A program made the position numbers and the translations under genes. From a virus, in IMG/VR virus record IMGVR_UViG_3300025876_000018, positions 4,646 to 68,645 of that record: a stretch of 64,000 nucleotides of DNA. One strand, written 5' to 3'. Positions within the stretch are counted from its first letter, which is position 1. Every line of letters starts with the position of its first letter. The notes beneath the pieces were generated by a model, which did not search any database, was not told the origin of the DNA, and worked only from the letters and a program-made list of their open reading frames with translations. This document shows, one piece after another, positions 27,193 through 37,600 of the stretch.

Positions 27193-27325
27193 ATATTTAT
27201 CTTATCTTCATAAAGAAATTGGATTTTTAGTTAAAAGTGGAGGGTTTAGTTATTCAGATATAATGAATATGCCTACATTTTCGAGAAAGGTGTTTATTGA
27301 ACAAATTTTACCTAATAATGAATAA
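27173..27325 (+). CDS. Start-less +1-frame extension of the chaperone (gp51/TAC-GT-like segment), candidate programmed frameshift product
   Basis: The frame is open from 27146 to the TAA at 27323-27325 and reads ...FLNSKYLSYLHKEIGFLVKSGGFSYSDIMNMPTFSRKVFIEQILPNNE*. There is no ATG/GTG/TTG before 27263. It overlaps AAT TTT TTC TTT CCT of the upstream gene. Confidence 0.6.
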   Translation, partial: FSFLNSKYLSYLHKEIGFLVKSGGFSYSDIMNMPTFSRKVFIEQILPNNE

Positions 27326-27360
27326 TTATAATTTTTTAAATATTTATAATAAAAAGTAAC

Positions 27361-28476
27361 ATGAAAAAAGATATTGATTACATTAATAAAGAAATTGAAT
27401 TTATTAATATATATATTAAAGATTTAATTTCAGAACAAATAGATATAGATGATAGAGATGATAGTGATACCGAAGAAGATAGGATTGAGGATATTGAGGA
27501 TAGGGATTCAGGAAAATTGTCTATAGATGATAGAAGAAATGCACTATCAGACGCAATTGAAGGGTGCCCTCCCGATTGTGATGACTTTGATAAAATATTT
27601 ACTGAAGAAGAACAATCAAAAATCGATTCTACTGTTGAAAGTGTTGAGGAGTTAGCCCAATATACTATATCTTTCGGACCATATGCTGGTACAACTATAG
27701 GTCCTAGAGTAGCGAAAGCATATTGGACACTTAAAAAGGTTGGTAAATTAAAAAGTCCTTTTAAGAAAAAGGTTTCTCCTGATATATGTAGTTGTTACGC
27801 ACTTTCTAGAAAATATTCTTCATGTATGAGCGGTAATAGAGCTCAATGTTATAACGAAGTGAGCAGTAATTTTAAAGCTGATATTGCAAGATTAAGTGAT
27901 GATGAACAAGAATTAGCTGAAGATTATTTTAATAGTTGTCACGATAAATACGCAATGAAAGGTTTATATAATAAAGATAAAAGAGATAGTGCGGAAACTA
28001 AAAGAGGGTGTGATGAGTTTAAAAGTTTTTTAGGGTCTATCTCAGTTGTTAAATCCGAACTAACTAGTATGTTATCACAATATTTTAGAATTAAAAACCA
28101 AAAAGATTTATCTAAAAAAAGAAGTGGAAATGGTAGTGTTGCAGATAAACTTTCTTCATATAAAAAAATAACAATAAAATTTACACAAGATACTATACCT
28201 ATTAATAGTGGAACATTTACGGATTGTACTAGTTTTAAGGTGGATTTTGAAAATCTTGAAGATACTGAATTTGAGGTAATGTCTGCTAGCCCATTTAATG
28301 AAGGTAAAACTATATTATTAAAATTAGGTAGTAAATATTGTCTGATGACTTTTAATACAGAAATTAGGGGTGTAGAACAAAATGGTAATGTTGTTTGGGT
28401 AGATGAGAATGATAGTATGAAACCAAAATGTGCATCTTATAGTTGGAAAGGTAAAATAATAAATTTAGAGGTATAG
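27361..28476 (+). CDS. Hypothetical leader-like protein with an acidic N-terminal region
   Basis: MKKDIDYINKEIEFINIYIKDLISEQ followed by a D/E-rich stretch; ATATTTATA lies at 27340-27348. Confidence 0.75.
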   Translation: MKKDIDYINKEIEFINIYIKDLISEQIDIDDRDDSDTEEDRIEDIEDRDSGKLSIDDRRNALSDAIEGCPPDCDDFDKIFTEEEQSKIDSTVESVEELAQYTISFGPYAGTTIGPRVAKAYWTLKKVGKLKSPFKKKVSPDICSCYALSRKYSSCMSGNRAQCYNEVSSNFKADIARLSDDEQELAEDYFNSCHDKYAMKGLYNKDKRDSAETKRGCDEFKSFLGSISVVKSELTSMLSQYFRIKNQKDLSKKRSGNGSVADKLSSYKKITIKFTQDTIPINSGTFTDCTSFKVDFENLEDTEFEVMSASPFNEGKTILLKLGSKYCLMTFNTEIRGVEQNGNVVWVDENDSMKPKCASYSWKGKIINLEV

Positions 28477-28479
28477 AAT

Positions 28480-30528
28480 ATGACAATTGGAGATGATGGT
28501 TGGTCTGAGGATGAGTACCAAAAAGAAGTAAAGGCGTTAAGGGAACTTAGATCAGAAGCAACTAATTGGTATAAGGATATTGATGGTGTTAGTAGGAAGG
28601 CTAGGAAAGAGCAAATAGCGCAAATTAATGAGGAGATTGATAGATACAAAGAGTTATCTAAAGGTACGGGTAGACTAGCAGAACAAGCAAAAGTATTGTT
28701 GGATTTAAAAACCAAAGAACTAGCGGTAGCAAAACAACAAACTCAAGTATTAGGTAGGGTACAACAAGAAGCCAATGTTACATACAGACAGTTCTTAAAC
28801 TTTTTGACATCAACGGCAGCTCAATATAACTACGCACAACAAATCGCTAAAGAATATTTGTCAGTATCTAGAGATATTGGTGCGGGTGCAGGTGCTAGTG
28901 AAAGATTAACTCAAAATTATAAAGATTCATTAGAACAGGTAATGCAAATGGGTGGAAGTTTAGAAGATGTAACCAATATAATGAACACAATGGCTGAAGA
29001 ATCTGGTAGAGCGAAAATTTTAGATTCTGAAGATGTTATAAATATTGAATCAATATCTAAAGGTTTGAATATGAGTGCCTCTGATGCTGCCTCAATGGCG
29101 GAAAAATTTGATCTTATGGGTGTTTCCACAGACTCTATGGGAAACCATTTAGCAAACGTATATAAAGAATCTCAAGCAATAGGTTTAAATGCGAATATGG
29201 TGGTAAAATCATTAAGTAAAAATATGAATTCAATTCAATCGTATTCTTTTGCTAATGGTGTAAAAGGTATGACTGAAATGGCTAAACAAGCAGTTAAAAT
29301 GCGTTTAGATGTTTCAGATGTTTTACAAATGTCAGATAAATTTTATCAACCAGAAGCTGCAATTGAAGCGGCGGCGAACTTACAAATGTTAGGTGGTGAC
29401 ATTGCAAAGGCATTCGGTGATCCTTTTGAGACTATGTATATGGCTAGAAATAAACCAGAAGAACTAGCTAAAAAGGTTGGTGAGATGACTGAAAATATGA
29501 TGCAATTCAATGAAGAAACGGGTGAATATGAAATGCCCGCTGAAGCTAGAATGCAACTTAAATCTGCAGGTGAACAATTAGGTATAAATACCGAAAAAAT
29601 GGTAGAGATGGCTCGTCAAGCATCTAAAATTAAAGATGTAAAAATGAAATTTACTTCTATTGGGGATGATGATACTAAAGAAAATTTAGCATCTTTAGCG
29701 AAATATTCTGAAGAAAAAGGAGAATTTGTAATCAAACATGGGACTGAAGAACTTGGTTTAGATCAAATTAGTGATGGAATGGCGGAGGAAATTTTAAAGG
29801 CTAATGAAAATGAGGGAAAAGATGATAGTGAATTGTTTAAAAATATTGCGATTAATACTCAAACTATGTCGGAACAAATGGCTAGTCTTCAAAAGGCTAG
29901 TATGGCAACTGTCGCAACAAAAACAAATATGTATGAAGTTGCAGGTGCGGAAATAAAGGATAATCTTTTAGAACCTATGAAAAAAGGTATGGATGAAGCA
30001 GTTAAAAATTTTACAACTAGTTTCGACCCTAAAGCATTATTTAAAGAGGCTAAATGGGACACTACTTTTGGTAATGCAACTAAGGAAGTTAAAGAATTCA
30101 CAAAAGCATTAAAAGAGGATTTAGTAAAATATATTAAATCAGAATCTGAATCCAATGAAGGTAGTACACAAGATGAAGGAGAGACAGAAGATGATTTCTT
30201 AATGAGAGAAAACGGTTCTACTGTTTCTTTTTCTACAGAAGATGATATTATTGGAGCAAAAAGAGGTGGACCATTAGATAAATTAATGGATAAAGGGTTA
30301 CCTAACAAAATGGCGGGGGGTACAACAAATTCTAAAATGGAGTTTGGAAACTTAAATATTACAGGTAGAATAGAAATAGTTTCACCAGATGGGTCAGCAT
30401 CAAATATGGAAATGTCTTCTATTAAACCACAGATTGAAAGTATGATTATTAACCAATTAAACGGTACATTTAGAGAAGGAGGAGTACCTTCTAGTAAACA
30501 ATCTACTGATTATATGGGTCAAAAATAA
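28480..30528 (+). CDS. Tape measure protein (T4 gp29-like)
   Basis: Long helical Ala/Gln/Met-rich protein (PEAAIEAAANLQMLGG..FGDPFETMYMA), located between the chaperone and the baseplate genes. Confidence 0.75.
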   Translation: MTIGDDGWSEDEYQKEVKALRELRSEATNWYKDIDGVSRKARKEQIAQINEEIDRYKELSKGTGRLAEQAKVLLDLKTKELAVAKQQTQVLGRVQQEANVTYRQFLNFLTSTAAQYNYAQQIAKEYLSVSRDIGAGAGASERLTQNYKDSLEQVMQMGGSLEDVTNIMNTMAEESGRAKILDSEDVINIESISKGLNMSASDAASMAEKFDLMGVSTDSMGNHLANVYKESQAIGLNANMVVKSLSKNMNSIQSYSFANGVKGMTEMAKQAVKMRLDVSDVLQMSDKFYQPEAAIEAAANLQMLGGDIAKAFGDPFETMYMARNKPEELAKKVGEMTENMMQFNEETGEYEMPAEARMQLKSAGEQLGINTEKMVEMARQASKIKDVKMKFTSIGDDDTKENLASLAKYSEEKGEFVIKHGTEELGLDQISDGMAEEILKANENEGKDDSELFKNIAINTQTMSEQMASLQKASMATVATKTNMYEVAGAEIKDNLLEPMKKGMDEAVKNFTTSFDPKALFKEAKWDTTFGNATKEVKEFTKALKEDLVKYIKSESESNEGSTQDEGETEDDFLMRENGSTVSFSTEDDIIGAKRGGPLDKLMDKGLPNKMAGGTTNSKMEFGNLNITGRIEIVSPDGSASNMEMSSIKPQIESMIINQLNGTFREGGVPSSKQSTDYMGQK

Positions 30529-30557
30529 AAAAAGTTTTATTTTTATTCACTTTACTA

Positions 30558-30588
30558 TTGACTTTTTAATAATTTATTCCTATTATTG
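30558..30588 (+). promoter_or_regulatory. Sigma70-like promoter TTGACT-N17-TATTAT(TG)
   Basis: -35 at 30558-30563 and -10 at 30581-30586. It shares CTATTGACTTTTT with the promoter at 42799. Confidence 0.6.
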
Positions 30589-30717
30589 CTAGGACCAGAT
30601 TTAAACAAGACTTATACAAGATTTAAATATTAAATAATAAAAACAATTATAATAATTATTATTTAATTCTCCTGAATTTTATTGATGTAATATTTATATA
30701 GTAAGAAATTATTATAT

Positions 30718-33700
30718 ATGGCAGGAATATTAGACCATCAGGGAATATTTTATAAGTTAGGAGTATTATCAACACAACAGTTTAGAGATAGTATACTAGG
30801 AAGGAACTTACCACCACCTGTTAGTGATACATTAACACAATCAGGATTAGTATCTAAATTAGAAGATATAGGTAAAGTTATTAATGTACCCATATTTGGT
30901 ACTGCGGATGAGAATATACCTATACATTATAACGAAGAAGAAAGATTATTTCCTTTAGGTGGGTTTTTTCGGGAAACCCAAAACGTCAATTTAAACCCTT
31001 ATATCCCACAAGATGATGATTATATCACTTACAACCTAACAATTCCACCGAACCTACCTATACCTTCACCAGAAGGGTTTGGAGAGAGAGAAAGAGCCCC
31101 TTATCCCACATCATATGCACCTAATAGGTTTGATTTAATCAATAAAGGAGAAAAAAAAGGTGTTCCTTTTCCTTTTAATGTTATAAATAGATATAAATCA
31201 TTAAATTTTAAAACAGAAAGTTCTTTAGGATTAGTAGGTGGACAACAGTTAGAAAAAACAATTATTGACAAGATTGCGCAGATTGAGGACGAAATGAACA
31301 CAAATACAGATAGTACTGGGTACATTACTGAACCTTTAGGGAATATGGTAGACAATTATGTTGATACATTGGGTGGTTTCGCACAAATCTTTAATACATT
31401 ACCAAATGATGCGGTGGGTTGGAATGAGTATAATAGTAGTAATAAAATAAATGGTGGCGATGTTGATGTGGCGGAAGGGGTGGTACCCACAATGTCTACT
31501 GAAGTTAGAATGAAAACTTTATTAGGTAGAACTAGTGAAACCCAAATACAATTTACATTTAACCTATTAAAAACTAATAAATACCGACCATTATACAACG
31601 ATAGTAGATTTGTGGGTACTGAGGATGAAGGTACAAACGGAAGATATTATATCGGTACAGATAAAAATACTAATAGGGGTAGTTTAATTACTAAAACTTT
31701 TGATAGTGACGACCTTAATGGTGAAAATTCAACAGGGAGTAATACTAAAACTTCAATAGAGGGAATTGGAGAACCTTTTGGGGAACCTAATAAATTCTTT
31801 TGGGCTACTGGTGGTGAACAGAATTTCAACCCAAAAACGTTATTATATAAAACACAACAATTAGTAAATAATAGTCAAGATAGTGTTTATATAAATCAAA
31901 CAAAAAAATATTTTAAAGATAAAAAACAAAAAAAACTTATCAGTAGGGGTAATGCAATTAGTGAGATTTTATTATTTGACGCAGAGACCAACGGTAAATA
32001 CTGTAGAGTATGGACAGTAAATGATAGATATAGTTACTTTAATGCAATAAGAAATACGGGATTGTTTACTTCAGACTCAGGAACAGAAGGGTTCTCTGCT
32101 ACACAAGAAAAATCATCATTAAGTGTTTTACAAGATAATGGAATACCTAAATATCACCCAGTACTTAACGAATCAGAAAGTGATAGGAAAAAATTTATGT
32201 TTTCTATAGAAAATTTAGCGTGGGCAGATAATCTTGCGGATTTACCCGCATTTGAAATCGGTGGTGGCGATCCATTATCGGGTAATAAAGGTAGGTTAAT
32301 GTGGTTTCCACCATATGATTTAAAGTTTGATGAAAATACTGCGGCAAATTGGACATCTACAGAATTTATTGGTAGGAGTGAGCCAGTTTATACATATAAT
32401 AATAGTAAAAGAAGTGGTTCACTATCTTTTAAAGTTTTAGTAGATCATCCTAGAGTTATAAATTGTTATAGAGGGCAAAATAATAATTTAAACGAAAGAT
32501 TCTTTGCGGGTTGTGTAACACCTGAAGATTTTTTAAATGCTTTAGAATGTGTGGTTCCACAAACAGACTATGGTGAAATAGAAAAATTATTAGAAAAAGA
32601 AAAAAAACAAACTACTACAGTTTTAGATAAAATAAAAGATGAGGGTGTTGTAAAGTTAATAACTACAGTTGATTGTAATGTTGAACCTGAAAACTGTAGA
32701 AAGACAATGACATATGATCAACCTTCTTTAGATAGTATAATTACAAAGGTGACAGAATTTATTGAAAAACAAAACGGTAATACTAATCCAAAGTCAAAAA
32801 TAATTTTTAATGGTTATGTTGGAAGAACGGCAAATAGAGATAGTTTTGGAGAAGTATCAGGTGAAGGGAAGAATATAAGTAAAAAATATGCGGAAGAGGT
32901 GAAAACCGCAGTAGAAAGTGCGTTAAACTCTTCTGGAATAGATACTAAGATATTAAAAAATATAACTTATAATGTTATAGGTAATGATGCTTTTGATTCT
33001 GATACGGATGCCGACTATAGAGTTAGTGTAGAAATGGAATCTGATGTAGAAAATTCGGAAGAGACAAAAGTTAAAAAAGAAGTAAGTAAATCTAAGACAG
33101 GAACCTTAGATCCTGATCAAATTAAATTAGTCGATAATTTAATTATAGATGAAAGTGCCTATTTCGAATATATAGATGGTAATTATCCTAATTATTTTAA
33201 AACTATATCAGAAAAAATAAAATATTTTCAACCCGCATATCATAGTATTACACCTGAAGGGTTTAATAGTAGGTTAACATTTTTAAATCAATGTATGAGA
33301 CAAGGTCCTAGTATATACGATAAGAAAACAAATAAAAATGGAGTTGAGGTTGGAGTACAACCACAAAATTTATCTTTTGGTAGACCACCCGTTTGTATAC
33401 TTAGAATAGGAGATTTCTTTTATACTAAAATAGTTATTAATAGTTTGTCTATTTCATACGATGGACCACAATTTGACTTAAACCCAGAAGGGATAGGAGT
33501 CCAACCAATGATAGCTTCAATACAACTAAGTATTGATTTAATTGGTGGTCATTCATTAAGTGGACCATTAAATAGGTTACAAAATGCGGTATCGTTTAAT
33601 TATTATGCGAATACAGAAATGTATGATGTTAGGTCAGATACGACAAAAGATGGTGAAATAGTCGATGGTTTAAAATTAGGAGAAATAAAACGAAAATTAG

Positions 33701-34281
33701 CGGGCGAATCGGAAGATGAGTCTTTAAAAGATGATGTTGAGCTAGATCAAAATAGTGAGAATGCAAATTCAGGTAATCAAGAAAACACAGATGGTGAAGG
33801 TGAAATAATAATATCAAATCCAGGGGAAACAATAGTTGCACAATCGAAAACATCCCCTACCACTTATAGTGGAGGAACAAAACCAAATGAGGATAATCGA
33901 TTAATTTTAAAGGTTAAAACCAAATCTTCCGTAGAAGACATTGAAACTAGTACTAAAGCAGAAGTTGGACTATACTCTTCTGATAATAAAGATATACTCA
34001 ATCTAGTAACAGTGGTAGAATTAAAAGATAGGGTTGATGCAATCAATACGGCACAAACAGAATTAACAACCGCACAAAATATTTTACAAAGCAACCCTAG
34101 TTTAGAAAACCAAAATTTAGTATATACTGCTCAAAATAATTTAAAAAATGCCGAACAGAATCTTATAAATTTAAAGAAAGATAAAGAAACTAAAATTAAT
34201 GTAGAAGCTTATTTTAGTAAATTTAAAAATAAAACTAAAGTTAAAAAAACCTTTACTGTTACAGAAAATGGTATAGTATAG
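30718..34281 (+). CDS. Large baseplate / tail-tube-initiator-type protein (two gp48/gp54- or P2 gpU-like domains)
   Basis: MWFPPYDLKFDE...NW...EFIGRSEPVYTY.NS.RSGSLSFKVLVDHP and GRPPVCILRIGDFF.TKIVINSLSISYD...QPM.A.IQLS. Confidence 0.65.
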   Translation: MAGILDHQGIFYKLGVLSTQQFRDSILGRNLPPPVSDTLTQSGLVSKLEDIGKVINVPIFGTADENIPIHYNEEERLFPLGGFFRETQNVNLNPYIPQDDDYITYNLTIPPNLPIPSPEGFGERERAPYPTSYAPNRFDLINKGEKKGVPFPFNVINRYKSLNFKTESSLGLVGGQQLEKTIIDKIAQIEDEMNTNTDSTGYITEPLGNMVDNYVDTLGGFAQIFNTLPNDAVGWNEYNSSNKINGGDVDVAEGVVPTMSTEVRMKTLLGRTSETQIQFTFNLLKTNKYRPLYNDSRFVGTEDEGTNGRYYIGTDKNTNRGSLITKTFDSDDLNGENSTGSNTKTSIEGIGEPFGEPNKFFWATGGEQNFNPKTLLYKTQQLVNNSQDSVYINQTKKYFKDKKQKKLISRGNAISEILLFDAETNGKYCRVWTVNDRYSYFNAIRNTGLFTSDSGTEGFSATQEKSSLSVLQDNGIPKYHPVLNESESDRKKFMFSIENLAWADNLADLPAFEIGGGDPLSGNKGRLMWFPPYDLKFDENTAANWTSTEFIGRSEPVYTYNNSKRSGSLSFKVLVDHPRVINCYRGQNNNLNERFFAGCVTPEDFLNALECVVPQTDYGEIEKLLEKEKKQTTTVLDKIKDEGVVKLITTVDCNVEPENCRKTMTYDQPSLDSIITKVTEFIEKQNGNTNPKSKIIFNGYVGRTANRDSFGEVSGEGKNISKKYAEEVKTAVESALNSSGIDTKILKNITYNVIGNDAFDSDTDADYRVSVEMESDVENSEETKVKKEVSKSKTGTLDPDQIKLVDNLIIDESAYFEYIDGNYPNYFKTISEKIKYFQPAYHSITPEGFNSRLTFLNQCMRQGPSIYDKKTNKNGVEVGVQPQNLSFGRPPVCILRIGDFFYTKIVINSLSISYDGPQFDLNPEGIGVQPMIASIQLSIDLIGGHSLSGPLNRLQNAVSFNYYANTEMYDVRSDTTKDGEIVDGLKLGEIKRKLAGESEDESLKDDVELDQNSENANSGNQENTDGEGEIIISNPGETIVAQSKTSPTTYSGGTKPNEDNRLILKVKTKSSVEDIETSTKAEVGLYSSDNKDILNLVTVVELKDRVDAINTAQTELTTAQNILQSNPSLENQNLVYTAQNNLKNAEQNLINLKKDKETKINVEAYFSKFKNKTKVKKTFTVTENGIV

Positions 34282-34285
34282 TATT

Positions 34286-34612
34286 ATGGGAAAAGAATAT
34301 TTCGATAGATATCAGAGTTTTAAATTTGACGGTAAATATTTGCCGTTACCTTTTATAAAAATACCCCCTAAAGATAGTGACAAAACAATTGTTTATAATT
34401 CAGAAAGAAGTAGGTTAGATAAATTTAGTCAATTATATTATGGGAACCCTTATCATGGTTGGTTAATTCTTTTAGCAAACCCTCAGTATGGTGGAGTTGA
34501 AGAAAATATACCTAATAGAGAAATTATTCGAATACCCTTTCCTTTTAGAGATAGTATACAACAATATATTGACGAGGTGGAAAAATATAAAAAACTAAAT
34601 ATAAAAAAATAA
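34286..34612 (+). CDS. Baseplate wedge protein, gp53/LysM-like
   Basis: RLDKFSQLYYGNPYHGWLILLANP....IP...IIRIPFP. Confidence 0.8.
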   Translation: MGKEYFDRYQSFKFDGKYLPLPFIKIPPKDSDKTIVYNSERSRLDKFSQLYYGNPYHGWLILLANPQYGGVEENIPNREIIRIPFPFRDSIQQYIDEVEKYKKLNIKK

Positions 34613-34618
34613 CCTTAT

Positions 34619-37600
34619 ATGGCTAACGTAGAAGATTTAAGTTCTAATAAAAGAGGGGCTAAAACGGGTAATGTATTTGTTGTTGACCCTAACCCTCCAG
34701 GTATGGATATCATCCCACCTGAAGATATGTTTATCTACGTGAAATTTTCAGCATATCCGAGAAGTAGAACTACATATGGTGGTAACACATTAGAAGGTGA
34801 TCCAATTGTTTTTGATAGTGGTATTGAAGGAGAGGTAAATTTTATATCTACTAAAATAAAATATAAAGACGGAAAATTAGACCCACCACTACAAAAAAGT
34901 TATGCGACAACTGATTGGACTAACATTGGTGGGTTTAAAGACGAAAACAGTAGAAGTGCGGGTACATTAGAGGGATTTGGTATAAAAGATATTAGTATTA
35001 AATATAACGCTAGTTTAGTTCCCGTTGTAGATATTACATTTACAGATGTAAGAGGTTCCGGGTTATTTGACGTAATAAAAGACAATGATAGAAAGTCACC
35101 ATATAGTATATTTTTTAAAATGCCTTATCCAGTATTTAGACTATCCGTAAAAGGGTATTTCGGACAAAAAGTAGATTATTGTTTACATATGGTAAATTGG
35201 ACATCAAATTTTGATGGATCAACGGGTAACTTTGATATTACTGCCAATTTCTTAGGATTCCAACAGGCATTTTTAAATGATATGGTTTTAGGTAATATCA
35301 TTGGTACTATAAATACCCAAAAAGGGTTTAATAATCTTAATAGGATTTATGATGATAGGGGTTCAGATATTGGAACCGAAGGAGATTTTAATATTAGAAA
35401 AATAGATGAATTTTTAACAAAAATAAGTAGAATACAGATAGAAACAGAAATCATTAAATCTGATTTAAATAGTTTTGAATACCTTAAAGATTTAAATGGT
35501 AAGTTAAAATTATTAGAAAGTATACAATCTTTTATCGGAAAAGATATTGGTAAACAACCTATAAGTAATAGTAATGGTAGTGGTAACGAGTCTGTCACAG
35601 ATTCGGTGGATTATATTAAAAGAGAAAATAATAACACTAAAATTTTTACTTCACCTATTAAAGATAGTATTTTAAAAAATAAAGACAACTACCTTTCCAT
35701 AAGAGACTTTATAGTTATAAATTCAATCAACAGGGGATCTTTTAAAACGTACACTAATACATTAACAGATATAATTATTAAATATTTAGAATACTTAAGT
35801 GATGACGATAGAAAAGAATATAAACCTGAAAATACTTTATCGAAATTATCAGATAAGGTAAAGTCAAAAATATCTGGGGTACCCTCCAATGAAAATAAAA
35901 AAACTAATAAAGATGACGAATTAATTAAATCATTTTTTTTAAGTACAGACGATAAAAACTGGGAGAATTATGTGGTATCTACTAAAGATAAAAATGGTAA
36001 AATTGCAAAAAAACAATTAGAAGATATTATATCTGAGTTTCAAAACAAAAATAGTTCTATATATTTAAAAAATGACTATGATGGTAGCGATAAAAACGCA
36101 AATTACGAGTTATCTCTATTTAGTGCGGACACCCAAAAGTTTTACCAAACTTTAAGGCCTGAAACTAATGTTATTGTAGTAGATTTCCGTAAACAAAGAG
36201 AATTAGTGGAGTATAGGATTAGTGAATTAAAAACAATTATAAAAGATCAACAAGAGGCAGTACAATTAGAAATCAATGAAAAAATATTGAAAAATTTTAA
36301 CGATTTATTTGGGTTTAAACCTACAATAGATAAATGTTTTGAAATTTTATCTAATAATACTCAAGCAATGATTGAGACAATATATGATATTAGTAAAGAA
36401 TCTGAACAAGAAGATAAATCTAGTAATAGAAATAAAGTTTTAAAAGGGTATGAAACAGATGTACCTACAGGTATCAATAGAGTGGCTTGGCCAACAGTAT
36501 ATCAAAAAAATGGTGATGGTAGTCTAGAAGAAATCTATATTGGTGAAATCGGTGGGGTAAATTCTATAGATTTCCCTGAATGGAATTTTACTGAAGAAGT
36601 TTTTGATAATTTAGTATCTAAAAGTAAAGAACTAGAACAAGTAACTAAGGCTAGTGTATTAAAGAATGGGTTAGATACAGATAATTGGTTCCCAATAAAT
36701 CCGATAGATTATAAAATTAACCCTTGGATAAAAATAAATATTTTAAATGATAAAGATGAAATATATAATGAATTAATAAAACAGATTTTTTATAGAGTAT
36801 CCATACTCCAAAATTATAGTAGGTTTGATTTAAATACGGGATTAGGTAATGTACCTAAGTATGCGAATTTTGAGTCTATTGCAGCAAATAAAACAATTTT
36901 TAACAAAAATGTTAGGTCGATTTTATCAATCATTTTAAAAGAATTGGTAAATGGTGAAATTGACTATAAAGATAGTCTATTTTTTAAAGAAAACATTAAT
37001 CAGGTAGGGTCAAATTTTTATATTAAAGAAACAGATGATACTTTACCAGAGTATAACAATTTTAATTTAAGTGGTAAATATAATAGTAAGGCTAATTATG
37101 TGATATTTGATGATAATGATATTATTAATAATAGTAAAAAATTATTTTCAGAAATTCAAAAAGAAGATTCTTACGTAAAACTAACTGATCCTGATAATGG
37201 TGGTACTATAAATAAAAAAGAAACAGGTGATGAATTATATTATAAAAATAGTTATTCATCAGCAAATAATTTCACCACTAATAATATATTTAATGTTTGG
37301 GCAAAAACTGTTTCTAAAAATCTATTTATAAGTAATAATAACGATTTTAATACCGACTTAAGAAACTCAAAACTATTAGACTTTAATCCTTCTGCGACAA
37401 CCTTTGATAGTAAATATTTAAATAAAACTAATTTCACATTAGACAACTCAAGTAGTTGTGACTATGAAGAAATATTAACACAAAGTGAATTTTATACTAA
37501 ACAAAGTAGTAATTATAGTAGGGCGCTATTATTGTTATCTACGTTCCCATTTAGAACTTTCGAAGAGGGGTTTTTAAATTCTATATTTCCCAATAATTCA

